Positions 62,302 to 64,000 of a stretch of DNA of 64,000 nucleotides are shown piece after piece. The stretch's first letter is position 1. Each line of letters starts with the position of its first letter. A model generated the notes under the pieces. That model searched no databases, was not told the DNA's origin, and saw nothing but the letters and a program-made list of their open reading frames with translations. The translations under genes and the position numbers were made by a program. The stretch comes from Acidimicrobiaceae bacterium (lineage in GTDB: Bacteria > Actinomycetota > Acidimicrobiia > Acidimicrobiales > Aldehydirespiratoraceae): NCBI GenBank assembly GCA_009843915.1, contig VYCM01000136.1, forward strand, positions 2,795 through 66,794. The letters are read 5' to 3'.

Positions 62302-64000
62302 CTACGGGGTAGAGCGGGCCTTCACCGCCCGGCGATGGGCCCGAAGCACCCGCTCCGTGTAGCCGCTGGGTTCGTCCCGGGCCGAGAACACGAGCTCGAC
62401 CGCGGCCGCGAACGGAACGCTGGAGTCGTAGTCGGGAGCCATGGGCTCATAGTCGGCGTCGCCGCTGTTCTGCTGGTCGACCAGGTTGGCCATGCGACGC
62501 ATGGTCTCGCGCACCACCTCAGCGGACACAAGTCCGTGATGCAGCCAGTTGGCTATGTGCTGACTGGAGATCCGGAGGGTGGCCAGATCCTCCATGAGGC
62601 CGATGTCACCGATGTCGGGAACCGTCGAGCATCCCACTCCCTGGCCCACCCATCGGACCAGGTATCCGAGGATGCCCTGGATGTTGTTGTCCAGCTCGCG
62701 CTGTATCTCACTCGGGCCGAGCTCCCGGCCCGCCGCCAGCACGGGTATGTCGATCAGGCTGGCGAGGCGGGCGGGCGTGCGATCGGCGAGATCCCTCTGG
62801 CGGTCGGTCACGTCCACCAGGAAGTAGTGCATGGCGTGCAGGGTTGCCGCGGTGGGGGAGGGCACCCAGGCGGTGCTGGCTCCCGCGATCGGATGCTGGA
62901 TCTTGGCCTTTACCATGGCCGCCATCTCGCTGGGCATCGTCCACATGCCCTTGCCGATCTGGGCGCGTCCCCGCAGCCCGCAGGCAAGGCCGGTGTCCAC
63001 ATTGGAGTTCTCGTAGGCGCCGAGCCAGGCGGCCGCCTTCATCTCGGTCTTGGGGATCACCGGTCCCGCCTCCATGTCGGTGTGGATCTCGTCGCCGGTG
63101 CGATCCAGGAAGCCGGTGTTGATGAACACCACCCGGTCCCGTGCCCTCCAGATGCACTCCTTGAGACCCAGTGAGGTACGGCGTTCCTCGTCCATGATCC
63201 CCATCTTGAGGGTGCGCTGCACCAGACCCAGGGCGGTCTCCACCCGGCTGAGCAGATCGCAGGCCAGGGCGACCTCGTCGGGTCCGTGCAGCTTGGGCTT
63301 GACGATGTACACCGAACCGGAGGCCGAGTTGCGTGTGGGCCGTCCGTCCACCCGCCCCATCCCCCGCAGATCGTGGAGCGCGCAGAGCGCCGTGACCATG
63401 GCGTCGACCATGGTCTCGTAGACCGGCTCGCCATCGAGCGTCACCATGTCGGTGGTGAGATGGTGTCCCACGTTGCGGACGAGCATCAATGAGCGCCCCG
63501 GCAGCGTGATCCGCGAGCCGTCCGGGCCGATGAAGCTGCGGTCACCGTGCAGCGACCGGTTCACTGTCCTGCCGTCGCGCACGAACGTCGTTTCCAGTGT
63601 GCCCCGCATCAGTCCGAGCCAGTTCCGGTAGACCGCCACCTTGTCATCGGCGTCCACGGCCGAGACCGAGTCCTCGAAGTCCATGATCGCGGTGAGGGCG
63701 GACTCGAGCCGGATGTCGAAGATGCCGGCGTGGTCCCGGCGTCCCACCGGGTGGTCGGCGTCGATTTGCAGCTCGCAGTGCAGGCCGTTCTTGCGCAGCA
63801 GGATCGATGCGGGCGCATCCGCGGCGCCGGTGTAGCCGACGAACTGCTCGGGGCGCAGTAGCGCGCTCACCGTGCCGTCGCCGCTGCGAACCCTCAACGA
63901 GCCGTCCTGCACCAGGTAGTCGGTCGCCCAGGCATGGCTCGCCGAGTCGAGGGCGAAGTGCGTGTCGAGGAACTCGCGGCCCGCGGCGATCACCCGGTCA
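62302..64000 (-). CDS. glcB: Malate synthase G, C-terminal ~565 codons (N-terminus beyond window end)
   Basis: [28 protein letters not shown] and [17 protein letters not shown] motifs. The frame stays open to position 64000. Confidence 0.9.
   Translation of the reverse strand, partial: DRVIAAGREFLDTHFALDSASHAWATDYLVQDGSLRVRSGDGTVSALLRPEQFVGYTGAADAPASILLRKNGLHCELQIDADHPVGRRDHAGIFDIRLESALTAIMDFEDSVSAVDADDKVAVYRNWLGLMRGTLETTFVRDGRTVNRSLHGDRSFIGPDGSRITLPGRSLMLVRNVGHHLTTDMVTLDGEPVYETMVDAMVTALCALHDLRGMGRVDGRPTRNSASGSVYIVKPKLHGPDEVALACDLLSRVETALGLVQRTLKMGIMDEERRTSLGLKECIWRARDRVVFINTGFLDRTGDEIHTDMEAGPVIPKTEMKAAAWLGAYENSNVDTGLACGLRGRAQIGKGMWTMPSEMAAMVKAKIQHPIAGASTAWVPSPTAATLHAMHYFLVDVTDRQRDLADRTPARLASLIDIPVLAAGRELGPSEIQRELDNNIQGILGYLVRWVGQGVGCSTVPDIGDIGLMEDLATLRISSQHIANWLHHGLVSAEVVRETMRRMANLVDQQNSGDADYEPMAPDYDSSVPFAAAVELVFSARDEPSGYTERVLRAHRRAVKARSTP

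Noticed and set aside
1-64000. Search for tRNA, rRNA, transposase/integrase genes, CRISPR arrays and toxin-antitoxin or defence cassettes.
   Set aside because: None were recognised. There are no T-loop GGTTCGAATCC-type motifs outside coding frames and no IS-like inverted repeats. All sizeable intergenic gaps are accounted for above. An exhaustive scan by eye is not possible, so small elements could be missed.

Overview
High-GC (about 65% by eye) chromosomal segment with actinobacterial-type synteny, centred on the replication origin. Genes at 1-7268 run on the minus strand: gyrA (partial), gyrB, DUF721/DciA, recF, dnaN, dnaA. Genes at 7678-13017 run on the plus strand: rpmH, rnpA, yidD, yidC, jag, rsmG, parA, parB. 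A DnaA-box cluster, an AT-rich stretch and a perfect parS site lie between and within these blocks. Next come a cwlM-trxA-trxB-membrane protein-anti-sigma-ECF sigma block and degV, a GNAT/HDAC pair, the CCA enzyme, panB and rpsF-ssb-rpsR-rplI-dnaB. The right 37 kb is more accessory. It holds an acyl-CoA dehydrogenase + acyl-CoA ligase + Liv-type ABC importer with two paralogous lipoprotein binding proteins, and bioB plus an unlisted 58-codon BsaP-like ORF are translationally coupled to the end of that operon. It also holds an orphan paaD, a TRAP transporter, an APH-type kinase, an LLM oxidoreductase, an MFS pump and a GS-like + GlxBCD/MgsABC-like cluster followed by an unknown 151-aa protein and a single SoxB-like flavoprotein. 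The remaining genes are an MpaB-family oxygenase, a five-gene STAS / REC-PP2C / RsbW-like kinase / binding protein / histidine kinase operon with no sigma factor, a DAO-family oxidase and malate synthase G (partial). I saw no rRNA, tRNA, CRISPR array or mobile element. All calls come from reading the supplied translations and the raw sequence. Family names are recognised from motifs and synteny, not from searches. Many start codons are re-assigned by hand and stay uncertain by tens of nucleotides. The many long antisense ORFs in the track are treated as high-GC artefacts.
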